64,000 bases of DNA, from contig CM082587.2 of the NCBI GenBank assembly GCA_040954595.2, positions 8,747,403 to 8,811,402 of the forward strand, read 5' to 3'. Shown piece after piece: positions 33,287 through 46,296 of this stretch. A model generated the notes under the pieces. That model worked only from the letters and a program-made list of their open reading frames with translations, searched no databases and had not been told where the DNA came from. The position numbers and the translations under genes are program-made. The first letter of the stretch is position 1. Each line of letters begins with the position of its first letter. This DNA is from Balanoglossus misakiensis (taxonomy: Eukaryota; Animalia; Hemichordata).

Positions 33287-34646
33287 ACCTACATATGATC
33301 AATTCTCTGTTGATCTTCCATATTCCTTATTGTGATTCAAAGCAGAGAGCAGAACACAAGTTAGTCACTGTTACTAGTTTAGCATGATGATTATGTATTT
33401 GATGGGGAGACATTTCAAAGGGCAAAGTTCCCGTCTTGACATTTCTTTGGAAGCTCGTCTTTTTTAACTCAATGCCGAATGGTGGGTGGTTAAACTTAAA
33501 GCTGTTCTCACATCCTGCTGGTAAATATAAAATAAACCAGAGACTTTCATGACTGTCTCAAGGACATCAAATAAAATACACATATAACAGCTGTCTTTAC
33601 CTATAAAATTGTAGGCAGGTAGATATATTAGAAACTAAGAAATCTGCCCCCAAACAGCAGAACTATCACAGGTGGGGGTTGTCACTGTTGATTTGTGGCA
33701 GAGAAAAACTATTTACACATGTGGGTCTGGGTCAGACACTGTATTCAAATATACAGACACAGAACAAATGTAAACCCAGAGAGAAACATTCACCAAGTGC
33801 TACCACAGGTCCCAGACTGATTGTGATGTACCTGTGAACTGAAGACTATTGTCGGAACTGATCTAAACATGTCTGAACTCAGCATGTGACCGGCTATAAA
33901 AAAACACATGAATGTGTACATTTGACATGCACTGTACTACCCTGAGAGATTGTTATCACAACAAGTGTCATGTCTTGTGTCTTGTACATGTAACTATCAC
34001 AAATGCTTGGATATCTACATAAAAACCATCAAGTTTTATATGAACACTTGAATAAGCTGGTACTCACAATCAAGCCACAAAAATGTGCTGGCACCACTGT
34101 TTTCATGCATTGTATGTTTACATTCCATTATTAATGTCCGGTTTCATGGCAATATTTTTTTAAATTCATGAGATAAACTTTTACATACACCTATCTGTAA
34201 GTTACACTGTATACATGTGTAAGCTGAACGGGTGGCAATGTTTTTTAACCCTTTTACCCCCCAGTTCCACCTTCAGAAGTTCAACCTTACCATAGAAAAC
34301 AATGAGTTTGGACTGAACCATGTTTGTGAAAGGAAGGGTTAAATAATAAACATTTCCAAGTTACAAGTATCACTCTACATTACAGCAGAAACTGCATAAA
34401 GTTAAATACATGTAACGCATTTGCAATGCTGGGTAGAAACTGTTTGCCACATGAAAACAACAGGGTTGTACCATGGTAAGACGATCGTTGAAATGATTTT
34501 TTTCCCCTAAAATCTTCTACTCCTTGGAGTTTGAATGGCCTGACAGCAATCAACAGTTGACATTACTTACATGTACTATTTATCATGTACATTAGCTTAG
34601 TGAACCAATAAACAATATTGGTACAGTTTTCACTCTATTTTTTCAC

Positions 34647-34717
34647 TAGTCTAGTATCTACCTGTATTTTGTCCGCTTGGAAGCAAAGCGGACAAAATAC
34701 GGCTAGATACTAGACTA
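34647..34717. mobile_element. Palindromic TAG...CTA element (same family as 24883-24952)
   Basis: Shares the GTATTTTGTCCGCTT / AAGCGGACAAAATAC arms. Flanks TTTTTTCAC and GTTTTTCAC match at 8 of 9 positions. Confidence 0.75.
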
Positions 34718-35839
34718 GTTTTTCACTGGTAGTTTTTGTTGACACTGCAGAGTTTCCTCTGTTGTCTATGTTCACTTAGCAGTACATGTACATATGATAA
34801 AATTTGAATTATCAATTTTCTTTTAAATATACCTGTACTGTACAGAATATACTGTATAGAATTTTCTTTTAAATATACTGTACATAGAATATACATGTCT
34901 ATCAAAGACGCCAATAGTGGATTGTCACTCCCAAAACTGCGGAAGAGTTCAAATGACCAAAGTGGTCATATTGTTCTGACATGCTTTGACTTGATGTTTT
35001 TATAAGACACTGGACAACGATGATGTTGTTTCTCAGGAATTTGTCCCTTTTGGCCAGCTGGATGCCTTCACGCCCCAACACCTTTCAAGATGGCTGAATT
35101 TGGTCAATATCTGTGGCTGGACAGGAAGACCTATGACAGACGTTGTAAATCTGTGTGGAATGTTTGGAATGCACCTATACAAGAGTAGATGCATTGTGCA
35201 CAGTCTCAGAATATACTTAAACCTTTCTGTGAAAGTAATCAAAAATGAATGAAAGTATCGGCATATATTAGGATTTGTAACTACTAGATGAAATCAAATG
35301 AATGATCAATTTCTGGGGATTTAATTAAAGATGCTTGCATTTGTGTTCTTATCTTGGCCAGACTTTGGCTTCAATAGCAGTGATTATGCCAGGCTTTTTT
35401 TAAGTTACATGTAGCCACAGTCACAAACCAAACTCTATATCTCCATGTGAATGTATGAGCAATATGCTCGGACATAATTAGTTACATTCCACACATGTCA
35501 CATGCATACATTTTCCTTGTATAAAATTTGAATGAAAGGATCAAGAACGTCCGAGTTATGGCTCTGGACTGTCCGACATGACAAAATTTGTAACAAAATT
35601 GGATTTGTAAGAAATTGACTTGTGTACATAGCCAATCACAGTGAGTTTTGGCTCGGTATCATTGTGTTGATATTTGTTTGTTTGTTTGTGTTAACCTTGT
35701 CATGGATGTTAATTAAGTCTGTGACCTTTCTGAGCATGTGCAGACTTCTTGCATATTTATTCGTGCAGTTCTAATGGCTTCTCTATCAAGTGAATGTTTA
35801 CAAGAAGTATTAAAGTCTGAGATATTTTATCAATAGTAG

Positions 35840-36320
35840 CAGAGCATAACGATGGCGCATATTATGAGGTTATTACGAAAATACCGCAAAGTATGCACGA
35901 GGACATTAGCGCCAAGTATCGCCCGACGCGTAGCTGGAGGGCGATGCGCTGCGCTAATGTCCGAGTGTATACTTTGCGGTATTTTCGTAATAACCTTATT
36001 ATTATACATCTTACATCTCCGTTAGTTCTTGTGCTGCATGTTACTTGGCTTTCAAAACACCCAAAATGCCGATTCAATCGATCGAAAACCGCTCAGTTGA
36101 CTCAGTGAGCAGCCATCTTTGTTTTTTGTTTACGTGTGCGCGCGTGCGTGGGACTGGGGGCGCCTTGAAACCGTCCGCATAACAACGCATACCTGTACAC
36201 GGTGAGTTGGGGCGCCTTGAAACCTAAAACTTATTTAATGCGCGTTCCGTACGTACCGTTCCGTACGGCTTTTTATTGCACGCCAAAATCTATTGTTCTC
36301 GGCACTGGATGTATAATAAT
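35840..36320. mobile_element. GC-rich insertion with a long hairpin and a second inverted-repeat pair (Crypton-like, tentative)
   Basis: Hairpin at 35867-35996 (AGGTTATTACGAAAATACCGCAAAGTAT...ATACTTTGCGGTATTTTCGTAATAACCT). ATTATTATACATC at 35998-36010 is inverted at 36308-36320. AATAGTAG occurs on both flanks. Confidence 0.55.
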
Positions 36321-39300
36321 AGTAGTTACAAGAATTCTCCATTACTTGGACCTAATACTGTCTATGAAACATGGAAAAAGGAGCTCCTTTGCTAGCAGGC
36401 ATATTCAATGGTTAGAATGTACAAGATCATCAGAACTGACCCAAAACCAACATCTGAGTCTGGAGCCATGAAAATTCAGCCATGACAACAGTCTCTCTGT
36501 ATTTCTTTACTTCCGGTTTTATGCTAGTACATGTACTGACCAAGGCAGGACTAACATGCTATTTGATTGGTCCAAATTTTGGATCTCAAAATAATGCACA
36601 TAATTTTGGTATTTAGTAAACAATTAACACTGCAGTGTGCATGGTTGTGCGGCTCAAACTTTCAATTTACCACAGCACTTGTTGATCACATTGAAAGATT
36701 TTTTTGGAGGCGAACTAACAGAAAAAGATGGCTCAAGGTGAGATGTTTGTGCAGACCATACGACATGTATCACTGATGGTGATGCCAAAATAGCACCAGT
36801 AGAATCTTTCATTTAGATTTTGACTATAAGTAAGGAATAACATGATTGGTTAATCATAAATCATTCACAACCGTATGTATGATGGTATGTAACATGCTAA
36901 TTTAGTAATTACTGCCTGCATGACCAAAGGATGTTTCGAGGGAGGTCCTCCTTACTAAAAACATGACTTGGTAATTTTGGTTAAATTAAGCACTCAGCAG
37001 ACACTCTTTTTTGCAGACCTTGATCTGTATAGTCTATTTCTGGTTACATCTTATCTGGATGTAAAGATAACAATGAGAACAGTGCCTGTTATACAATGTT
37101 GAAGGAAATAACGTGATATCAGGATGGGAATGGCACAGGAAGTGTTCTAAATATAGATATCCAGTACTACCGCTTGACATATGCTGATCCCAGCATGTGC
37201 CTGTGCCAAATTTATAGTTTTAAAATAATGACTGTACCACACCACAGTCTACAAGTTTTAGGTAGGCCTTTCCTGCTTATACATAACATGCCATCATGAA
37301 CTAAGTGTGTGATCAGCCAGCAGTCAACCCTACCGCATAACTTAAGTAGGTGTAGGTTTTAAGTCCAGCCATACATGTACAAGTTAATGCGGACGTGCTA
37401 CATGTACTGGTATGCTGAAGAAGAGCTGGAAATAGTTTGGTCTGGGTCTGGATATGGAAGGGATGTTGACTCTCTCACAGAAATCCCATTCTCACAAGCC
37501 AGAGTCATCCACGGCAACACAGAAACAGTTGCCGTAAAAAGGTTGTGGTTTACGACGATGGGAATCCCCCCCCCCCTCACACACACACACACAGGTTCAC
37601 ATGCAAACAATATCCCTGATTGAATGGGTGCCCATTGATCCCATGAGCTCCAATTGATATCACATATAACTGTACCAAATGGGAGTTGGAATCTTTTCCA
37701 TCTACATGTGGGTAAGTTTTGATTCCTGTACAATGGGAAAATCCATTATTGTGGGAAAATTCTCCCCCCCCCCCCCCCCCCCAAAGATGTTGATGAGCTG
37801 GACAGTCATCCCTGTGCCTGCACCTAACTGCTTGTTTGCTTACTGCAATCAAATAATGTAAAATTAAATTTGTACCGGTATATTTATCTACAATATATGT
37901 GCTTGTAAACATCCAGCTTTGAAATGCTGCACAGTACAAATGTACAAAATGTACATGTACCAGTGTCCAATAAAAATAGCATTAGTCAACAGCCACATAT
38001 AATTAAATGTATACAGTGTGCCCTCTACAAACAAGCATTTTAACAAGCAATTTGAGATTTTCTTGGAATTTTTTTTGTATCCAACAAATACCATTACGCG
38101 CAATATAGATCATTTATTTCGCATCATATTCCCAGTCCCATATAGTAAGTGGTACATGTACGTCATATTGGCGGAGAGGACACACTGTCATGTAATGGTA
38201 TATCCAGCCAATGGCTCTTCATTGACCTAAATCTCATGACTGCTCTTTGGCCCTTTTTATTCTAATGTTTTTTTGTATAGAAATGCTTCAGGCAAAATGA
38301 AGGGAGTCGAATGGGAATAGGCCCAACCCAAATGCATTCACACGTTTTATTCATGCATATTTTGGTCAATCCTAAAATCTTTACCCCACAAAGGGAAAGA
38401 CTGTAGTCATACCAGTTCTATCTCAAGATTTGCTCAGACTGTGTTCAGTATCTATTTGTAAATTTATCTATTTTCTTGGCCATTCCAGGGACAGTCCAAA
38501 TACTCAACAAAGTGATCAATTGTAATGCCATTGCCAAACACATTCACACTCCATTCAAAGGATAAACAAATGCAAAGTGCATTGACAGAATTTGGAAGTC
38601 GTCTCCACCTAAACCGGGTCAAACAAGGTCACCAAATAGAACAGCCAAGGCTGCAGTATACTAAGATAGTTTTATCATCTAAATGTAGTACAGTTCCAAG
38701 CCAGTGCAATGGTAGCTTTCCACCTGTCCATTTCATGCCACAGCACTGGTTGAATTAAAACTTTCACCACCATGGTTCAAATCCATTGTTTTTTATGATG
38801 AAGTCAGGCTTCTTAAGAGGGAACTGGGGTTAATTTTCCCGTGAAAGGGTTATTAGCTCAGCTCAGATCAAAGTCAACATTTATTTTATTTCTAGTAATC
38901 TACCTACATGTACTGCTACATATAGTTTTATTTCACTTGAAATGAACATGTTATGGACCATTATTGAAATTTATTTACATTTGTTAAAGAAATAGAGACC
39001 ATATTTTTGTTCCAAACTTTTATCATATACAATATTTCTCCAGGTAAGAGCTCTGAGACCTTCAGTAAAAATATAAAATTTGGAAAAATGTGGGATGGGC
39101 TGTTGCCTGAGCACCCTCCAAGGTAAATTTGAAAATGACAGTGGTACATTTGAAATTTGCTTGTCGAATCACAACAGGACCATCTTATTTACAGTTTTGA
39201 TCACAAATATACATGTGTACAGCCCTAAAAGTACTAAATAAGGGAAGTTCTTTTGGAAGAATGTAAGGTGGTGTGTCCTTACAATATACCACCACAGAAA

Positions 39301-40365
39301 TCTTATTTCAGTTATCATTTACCTGCTTCTATTGAGGTCACAAATCTTATATACAAAATGACCTACTTCAACACTTCTCAAACCCTCAAATTGTTGACAA
39401 AGGCAGCAGATATGAAAATGGGACCCACTCTGGTGGTGTGTCACCTTCAATCTGTGTATTCTCATCCTTGATTACAAATAAAGAGGAAACCCTGTTGAAG
39501 TGATCTTTGTGCCATGGCATTAGTTGAAGTGTCTGTACATTTCTGAGCATGTTCAACTAATTTTATCAACCAATGCTATATGTAATTGATTTGTTTTGAC
39601 AAAATTTGGGTTATTTATGATTGATGGGAGTTAGGAGGCTCTGGGTTTTTTCTAGTTATGTTCAGAGTCTGTCAGTCAGGACAACTCGGATTATACACTG
39701 CACTGGTAAAACATCAATACACATCAATCATCTGATGACAAAGTTACACTTACATTGTACAGGCATGTACGTATGTGCACCAATTAATAACATATTTGCA
39801 TGAATTGTGCGAACGATCTCACATTTCAGTAAATAAAACATAACTTCTCCCATGGGCCCAAATAAATAATGTCACAATATACTATAGTAAACTACCTTTT
39901 AAATAATAAAACACTGCACCTGTCACAACTAGTACCAGTGCCTCTAATTACACTCAGTTTGGAACACAAATTGTTAAAAAGACAAGTGGGTCACTAAATC
40001 CCCTTCCATCGATATCAATTGCTAACAAAATCCTGCCTGACATTCAAATAAAACCAAATTAATAATTTGAGCAAGAACACCTTCAACATCATTGATATTC
40101 ATGTCTGTCGGCCTTGATCATTGACGGCCGGTCTATGTCCTAGGATATGGGCGGTTCAACGCGCAGTGTGACAGCCATCATGTAACACCCGTTCTACCGA
40201 ATTTTAAAGTGACTTTGTAATAAATCGTAAATAACACACTTTGGCAGAAACAGAGAGAAATCTCAACAATGAAGTGTCCATTATGTACTCAGTGAGCGTG
40301 TTAATGGTCTATCGATCAGACTCGGGCAATGACAATGTCAATGCCCGGATTCGTCGATTTCTTAC

Positions 40366-40430
40366 CTGACAGTGAACAGTATCAACGGACGACGATCGAA
40401 CTGGGGCAGTCGTTTGTGAAGAATATAGAA
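40366..40430 (-). other. Candidate non-coding first exon of the LIM gene
   Basis: Strong donor CAG|GTAAGA at 40366 in a CpG-rich patch. The ATG-containing exon has an acceptor at 32145, so an upstream exon is required. The 5' boundary is approximate. Confidence 0.45.
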
Positions 40431-43400
40431 ATGCACGGGCAATTAATCATATGCGGCCTTGTATTCTACGGATGTTCTTTTACCCTTTTCTTCCTTCAAG
40501 ATCACCACACACCCACCACAGGTCTCACGTACCTATGCCACTCCTAAATCTGATCCTTCAGTCGGCCCCAGTCTCGTCACTTTGTACATCATGCAACTGC
40601 GAACAGAGTACATCACCCCTCCACGTCTGTAATGGAATGCAGGAATATAGTCCAACTTTTCTTCACAAGAACAAATTTTATACTCAGAATATCATATTAT
40701 TTAATTTCAAATATTGTAAAATTACAAGATATTAACAAGATTGGCGTAAAGATCAACATCACTGACAGAACTTTGATAGTGTAGAACATTGCCCGCGGGG
40801 TGTACACAATAAATAACACAGCGATAGAAGTCACTTTGCTGATAGGGTCACATAACAATCTCAAGTTGTTTGTTCGTCAGTAAAATGTCCGCGTTCGATG
40901 TAAGTAGTAGGGCCTTTGAAAAACATACATATGGAAAATACATTACATAAAAATGAATAATTAATTATCATTTATAAATAAACTAGTATAGCCTAAAATT
41001 GAGCATGTTATAGTCACTTATACTGAGATCATGATATCGAATATGGATGTACTTATTGCAAAATATATAGTCAGGTCTCCTGCCCCATTCCCGCCGCTGG
41101 CTGCGCTGCGCTACAGGGATAAGGCCTAGGCGCGCCCTCTGCCGACTCGACAACTTAGAATTTGTGCTCTTTTTTTAGACTAATATGAAGGGAAGCTGAA
41201 TTTCTTCAAAGTTGATAAAAGATGTTAACGTTGAATCTCTTTTACAGATCATTTATTGAGAGTCTTTTTAAAAATGTGTCTGACGTGTGGACTGTTTAAA
41301 ATTCTGATTTATTTCGCATGTAAGTGATTTTTAGTTGGATTTTGTTGTTACTGTCGCACCACAAATTGCCCATGTCGGGATAATACAGATTTATTGAATT
41401 GAATGTAGTTGCCGATGTTGGTGGGATATTTCTAGTGATACAAATTTTACACGTGTAATTATACTTCTGATAAAACAGATGTACATTGACGAAATTTATC
41501 ATTTCTTGAAGTTTCTTAGTGAGAGCCCTTTACGTAAACCATGAATCACATCCTAGTATATGGCATGGATGCAAAGGATATTCTTACAGACACGTATGCA
41601 CTGACGATGTATCTGTTCAATTTTAAGTTAATCCATGTTAGGCCCATGTCTTGTGAAACCGTTACCGTTTTGGTGTATTTGTGTTTGGTGAACGACGACA
41701 ACCGTGACGTACTGTTTCATGGCGTGTGTGTGATAACAAATGATTGGACTCCTCCATGTAAAACATGTACATGTATGTATACTCTAAACCATAGGAACAA
41801 TACTGATCAGATTGTATGCATAGTTTGTTTGTTCGTTCGTTTGTTTGTTGATTGGTAGAATACAATCTGTGCTGCATATGATAAGGATGTTATGAACAGT
41901 GTGATGGTTACATATAGCATGTAATAATATACACTACCGATACATGATAGAGTTCTGCTTCCATAATAACAATATTTATTTCAAGAACCAGCTCATAAAA
42001 TAAAACCATGACATAGACGATAGTACTTACTAAGATAATAACATTAAATACACAATATATTAAAAACAATCTGAAATGAACCTTTTATAGAAGATATACA
42101 TCACATATGGCTTGATACCAGTATTGTAATAATGAGAGTTTTTTTTTATTCTTCAGCAACATCAGATAAAATTTGGAACGTAAGGCATGTTGTTTACCTT
42201 CAAAGGTGAAAATATTGTTTTGAAGAAGGGTGTTAGAAATACTTGTTTTTTTCTACACCAAGCAAGGTTCTATATCCGTTGTTATAAGCAAGGCGAGTAT
42301 CATTGACGCACTGCATGGTTAGTAACAATACCACAATGGGTGGTGGATTGTATTTTGTGGATATCAAAAAGTGACAGACCACCCCCCCCCCTCAGGCATT
42401 GAATGGGGGAAGTGGGTGACCCCCCCATCACCCAATTTCAAAACATATGACCTCCCCGTGAATCCAGCAATCCCGAACCGCTCTCCGACTGATATCGCTC
42501 TATTTGATAAGCTCTGCGTCGCTGACCTGGGAGCTGAAAGAGCAATATCAAAATGTTTATAAAGTAAACAACCTCCCATCTTCGTATATCCATAGCAACT
42601 ATCAAATTGAGTTCAACGCAGACTATTTTCTCTTTCTTGTCCAGAGAAAACATGCTGCATGTGTAAATTCCACCAAATTACGGAGTAGCGAATGTCTACC
42701 CATTAAAAGTTACCATATCTGGGTACGTTGAAAAGAGAAAGAAATTAAGGAGACAGACAAACAGTCAAAGACAAAAATCCTCGTCTACACGAAATCTATT
42801 TTCACACATAAAAATGAAAGCCAGCAAGAAACAGAGAAAATGATGAGAAGCTTACAAGGACCAGAAACACTTTCTAATGGTTTAAGAAGCGATTAATAAT
42901 AGTTTTGACAACTTGTCGTCATGTGATTATTCCTAAAATAACAGTGAATTGATATAATAAATTGTACGCCTTATACAATACAGAACCTGTAATAATACTG
43001 GAAATATCGGTGTATACATCATATCGTAAATATCAATATACTTCATATTCAAAGTAACGCAGCTAAACAGTCAAAAACATCATTTGAAACACAATATTAA
43101 GGATGATCTTTTGTTAACAGATTTGTACATTAGTCGCGGTAGTTATATGACAGTGTGCATATAGTATCTCCCGGACGTTCTCACAAGAGTAAGACATGTA
43201 ACTCAATAAAACCACATATGAAGACATGTGAAGACATACAGAAATATACTAAAATCCACGTCAAATACACACTATAATATAGGTCCCATACATGTTATGT
43301 ATACAAAGGTCTGCAACCATTTGGCTTTCTTAAGTTTGAACTATGTGGTCAAACGCGTCTAAACATTTTCAACACTTGTGCCCGACAAGTTGATGACTAA

Positions 43401-46296
43401 TACATACAGTAAATGACATGCAATGAATTACCAGGAGTTAATACCTAAAAGGCTTACATATCTGTTTATGTTTTCTTTCAACATTTACATGTAGTACTCC
43501 TGACCTTTAAAAAATTATTGTGTAACAACCCATCCAACAAATGTGGCGAGACACACATTACGAAACTCAAGTGCGGTTGAAGCTTCTGTTGGGGGGGGGG
43601 GTGACGTACTGAAATATGTATTTTAATCTTTGTTTATAATTTCGATATCATCAGTAACGTCAAACAAAGAGGACGATGGATACCTCTGCATTGGTTAAAT
43701 TAGCAAAGGGTGTTAGACAGCAGAATATGTGACGTGTTTGGGGCCTTACAGACACTAGATAAGTCACAGGCGCATGTGGATTGAATCAATGAGGGAGAAA
43801 AGGCAGGAGTGCATGGTAGGTTGGAAAAGTAAAGTGCTTCCTGTAGGGAGTGGGGGTGGGGGGAGTGACCGCTATGGAATGGCGGAAGTTTTCGTTCTTG
43901 TTGACTATACTGGCTCTTATATACACCTCTGGCTAGTACATTTTGGTGCATGCAGAAACATACAATTTGAATTGTGGCTGAAAGCCCCAGACTGATTTAT
44001 TAGACCTGCTATTATAATATCATCATCGAAATTATCGACAGAAACATGCAGCTATATACAAATCAATTTCATAAACTTAATGTCAAGGTCATGTCACATC
44101 TAAGTTGATAGATGAAAATCCTCAATGCTTCGCTGTATTTTAAGTGATTAGATGATCTTGTTTTCTAAATTTATTTCATAAAATATGTTTATAATATTTC
44201 TAAAATGTTGACTCTACCTTCATGTTAGCCATCGGCCCACTATTACTTGCCAGCTCGTCTACCTAACACATATATAGTGAAATGATGCAAATAGTAGAAA
44301 TGAGATGATAAGATATATCCCGATAGCAACATTGTTCCCTATGCTATGTGTCAATCGTCACACGTATAAATATAATATCAATTAATATAAGCTTACTTGA
44401 TACATATCTGTGCAAACTGTTTTGGTGAAAATACCGTGTGCACGAAAACACAATATAACACTAATAAATATTTAATACAGTGTCAAGTTTGACATGCCCG
44501 TCATTTTGTGGTAAATAGTGGTCGACGAACTAGCTCATATATTATCCTTGGGTAGACTCCTTAGAGCAGTTTGTCTAAATTTCGATTAGCATTCTCCGTG
44601 TCCACATTGCTGCAATAATCCAGCCCTGTGTAATAATATGTGTGATTTTCTTCTGTTGAAAAAGTCTTACAATAAGAATATCCCAAAAGTTAAAAAGATT
44701 CGCAACATGCATTCAAAAATCAGTTTCATCATTACGTATGTAAAATTATACATATCTGTCAGTTTGAATCATGTGGCTTCGGATATATGGTGATTGCTGC
44801 AAATGGTCTCTTCACGATAGATAATCGAAAAAAAAATGTTTAGATGCCACTTATCTTATTCAACTGTTAAATAGTTGACAATGTCACTCTGAGATACTCA
44901 GGCATAACTATTACTTTGAAAGTTGCTGGGAGATGAACGAATAGGATGATGACAGTCAACGGTTTTCCAGGTGAGTTGATTATTCTCTGTCTCATTACGG
45001 CATGTGTTCACCTGGAAAATATACCGTAAAGCACTCGATCAGATCTCGGAAATATTTACATTTCAGCAGTATTTTTGTTGCTCTTAAAAAGGCTTTACAG
45101 CAACAGTCAAATATATCTAGAGTCGTATATATCTTTAGATTGTCAAATCACACGTAAATTGGTACATGTCATGTAAATTGATGGTTGTGATATGTTTGAT
45201 CTGTATTGGCTTATACATGTTGATATATTGTGATATGTGTTTATTGTCAATAAGGCAGCGATGGTTGTCCATTCGTAATTTATCTGTTCTAACTAGATTT
45301 TTTATTTTATTGTTCCCTTCATGTCTCTCGTGACTTTTGTATTATTTTCATCGAACACATTGGATATAATTTGTGATTATAAGAATAAACATATCGCCTA
45401 TAATTCCGCGAAAGTGCATTTTTTTTTCAAATTGCTTGTTTTTCAGTAACAAATATTAAAATTACATTTTAAAAGTAAATTACGCTAGTAAATAGAGCCG
45501 TGAAATGTCAATTATTTTCAAGCTTGTTTCAAGATCTTATTATCACAAAGTAGTTCCAATCGTGTTCTTGGAGATGACATTTGGAAACCAGGTCTGATCG
45601 CTTGTTTAGTAGCCTTTATCTGTCTGTAGTTATAATCTGTCTGTATGTTTTCTATTGAGCACAGATTATAACGCTTGATTGTGTTGGACCAGTTAAATTG
45701 GTATGACTGATCGCTATCTTTAGTCCGCCAGACATACTGTATATAGGAAGCATGATAAGAGCAAATTGACGTGCGTGAAATTCTGGGTAATATCAAAGTT
45801 TCAGTCAGAATGTTCTCATTTCTTTGAAATTTTGTTGTGTAGAAATGTGACATTGTTGTAATAAGATGAGTCTTATGTACAGGGCTTTTCCCAGTGAAAT
45901 TGATTAAGCTTTGATTTGTTACTCGGTCCCTGACCTCACCATCGGGTATAGAGTCACAGTGGATCCTGCCTCTCACCATTTAGTAAATGATGTCGCTAAG
46001 TATTATAGTCACAATGGCGGGAATTAGCTGCGTGATGATTAAACACGAAACAATGACTCCATGCAATCACGTTACTGAGGCCTTTCTTGTAAGCGTTTAT
46101 AAGAATTTTGAATTGAAACAGGCATCGGTGAAATTTACACTCATCCTTCATTTTTCGTACAACACTGTATGTAGGCCTAATCATCACACACTTGAAATTT
46201 CCTGTGGTAACGCTCCTTTACTTCAGTGTCGAAAACGAGTTGAGAGATGTGTTCAATATGAGTTAATGGAAGCAGAACCCCTTCCGTTCTTGTTAT

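Noticed and set aside
35033-35242. Possible extra exon in the first intron of the LIM gene
   Set aside because: An acceptor-like site exists, but I found no matching donor or meaningful reading frame.
45518-45979. 153-aa minus-strand ORF downstream of the GPCR stop
   Set aside because: No recognisable homology or splice context; best explained as UTR or intron.
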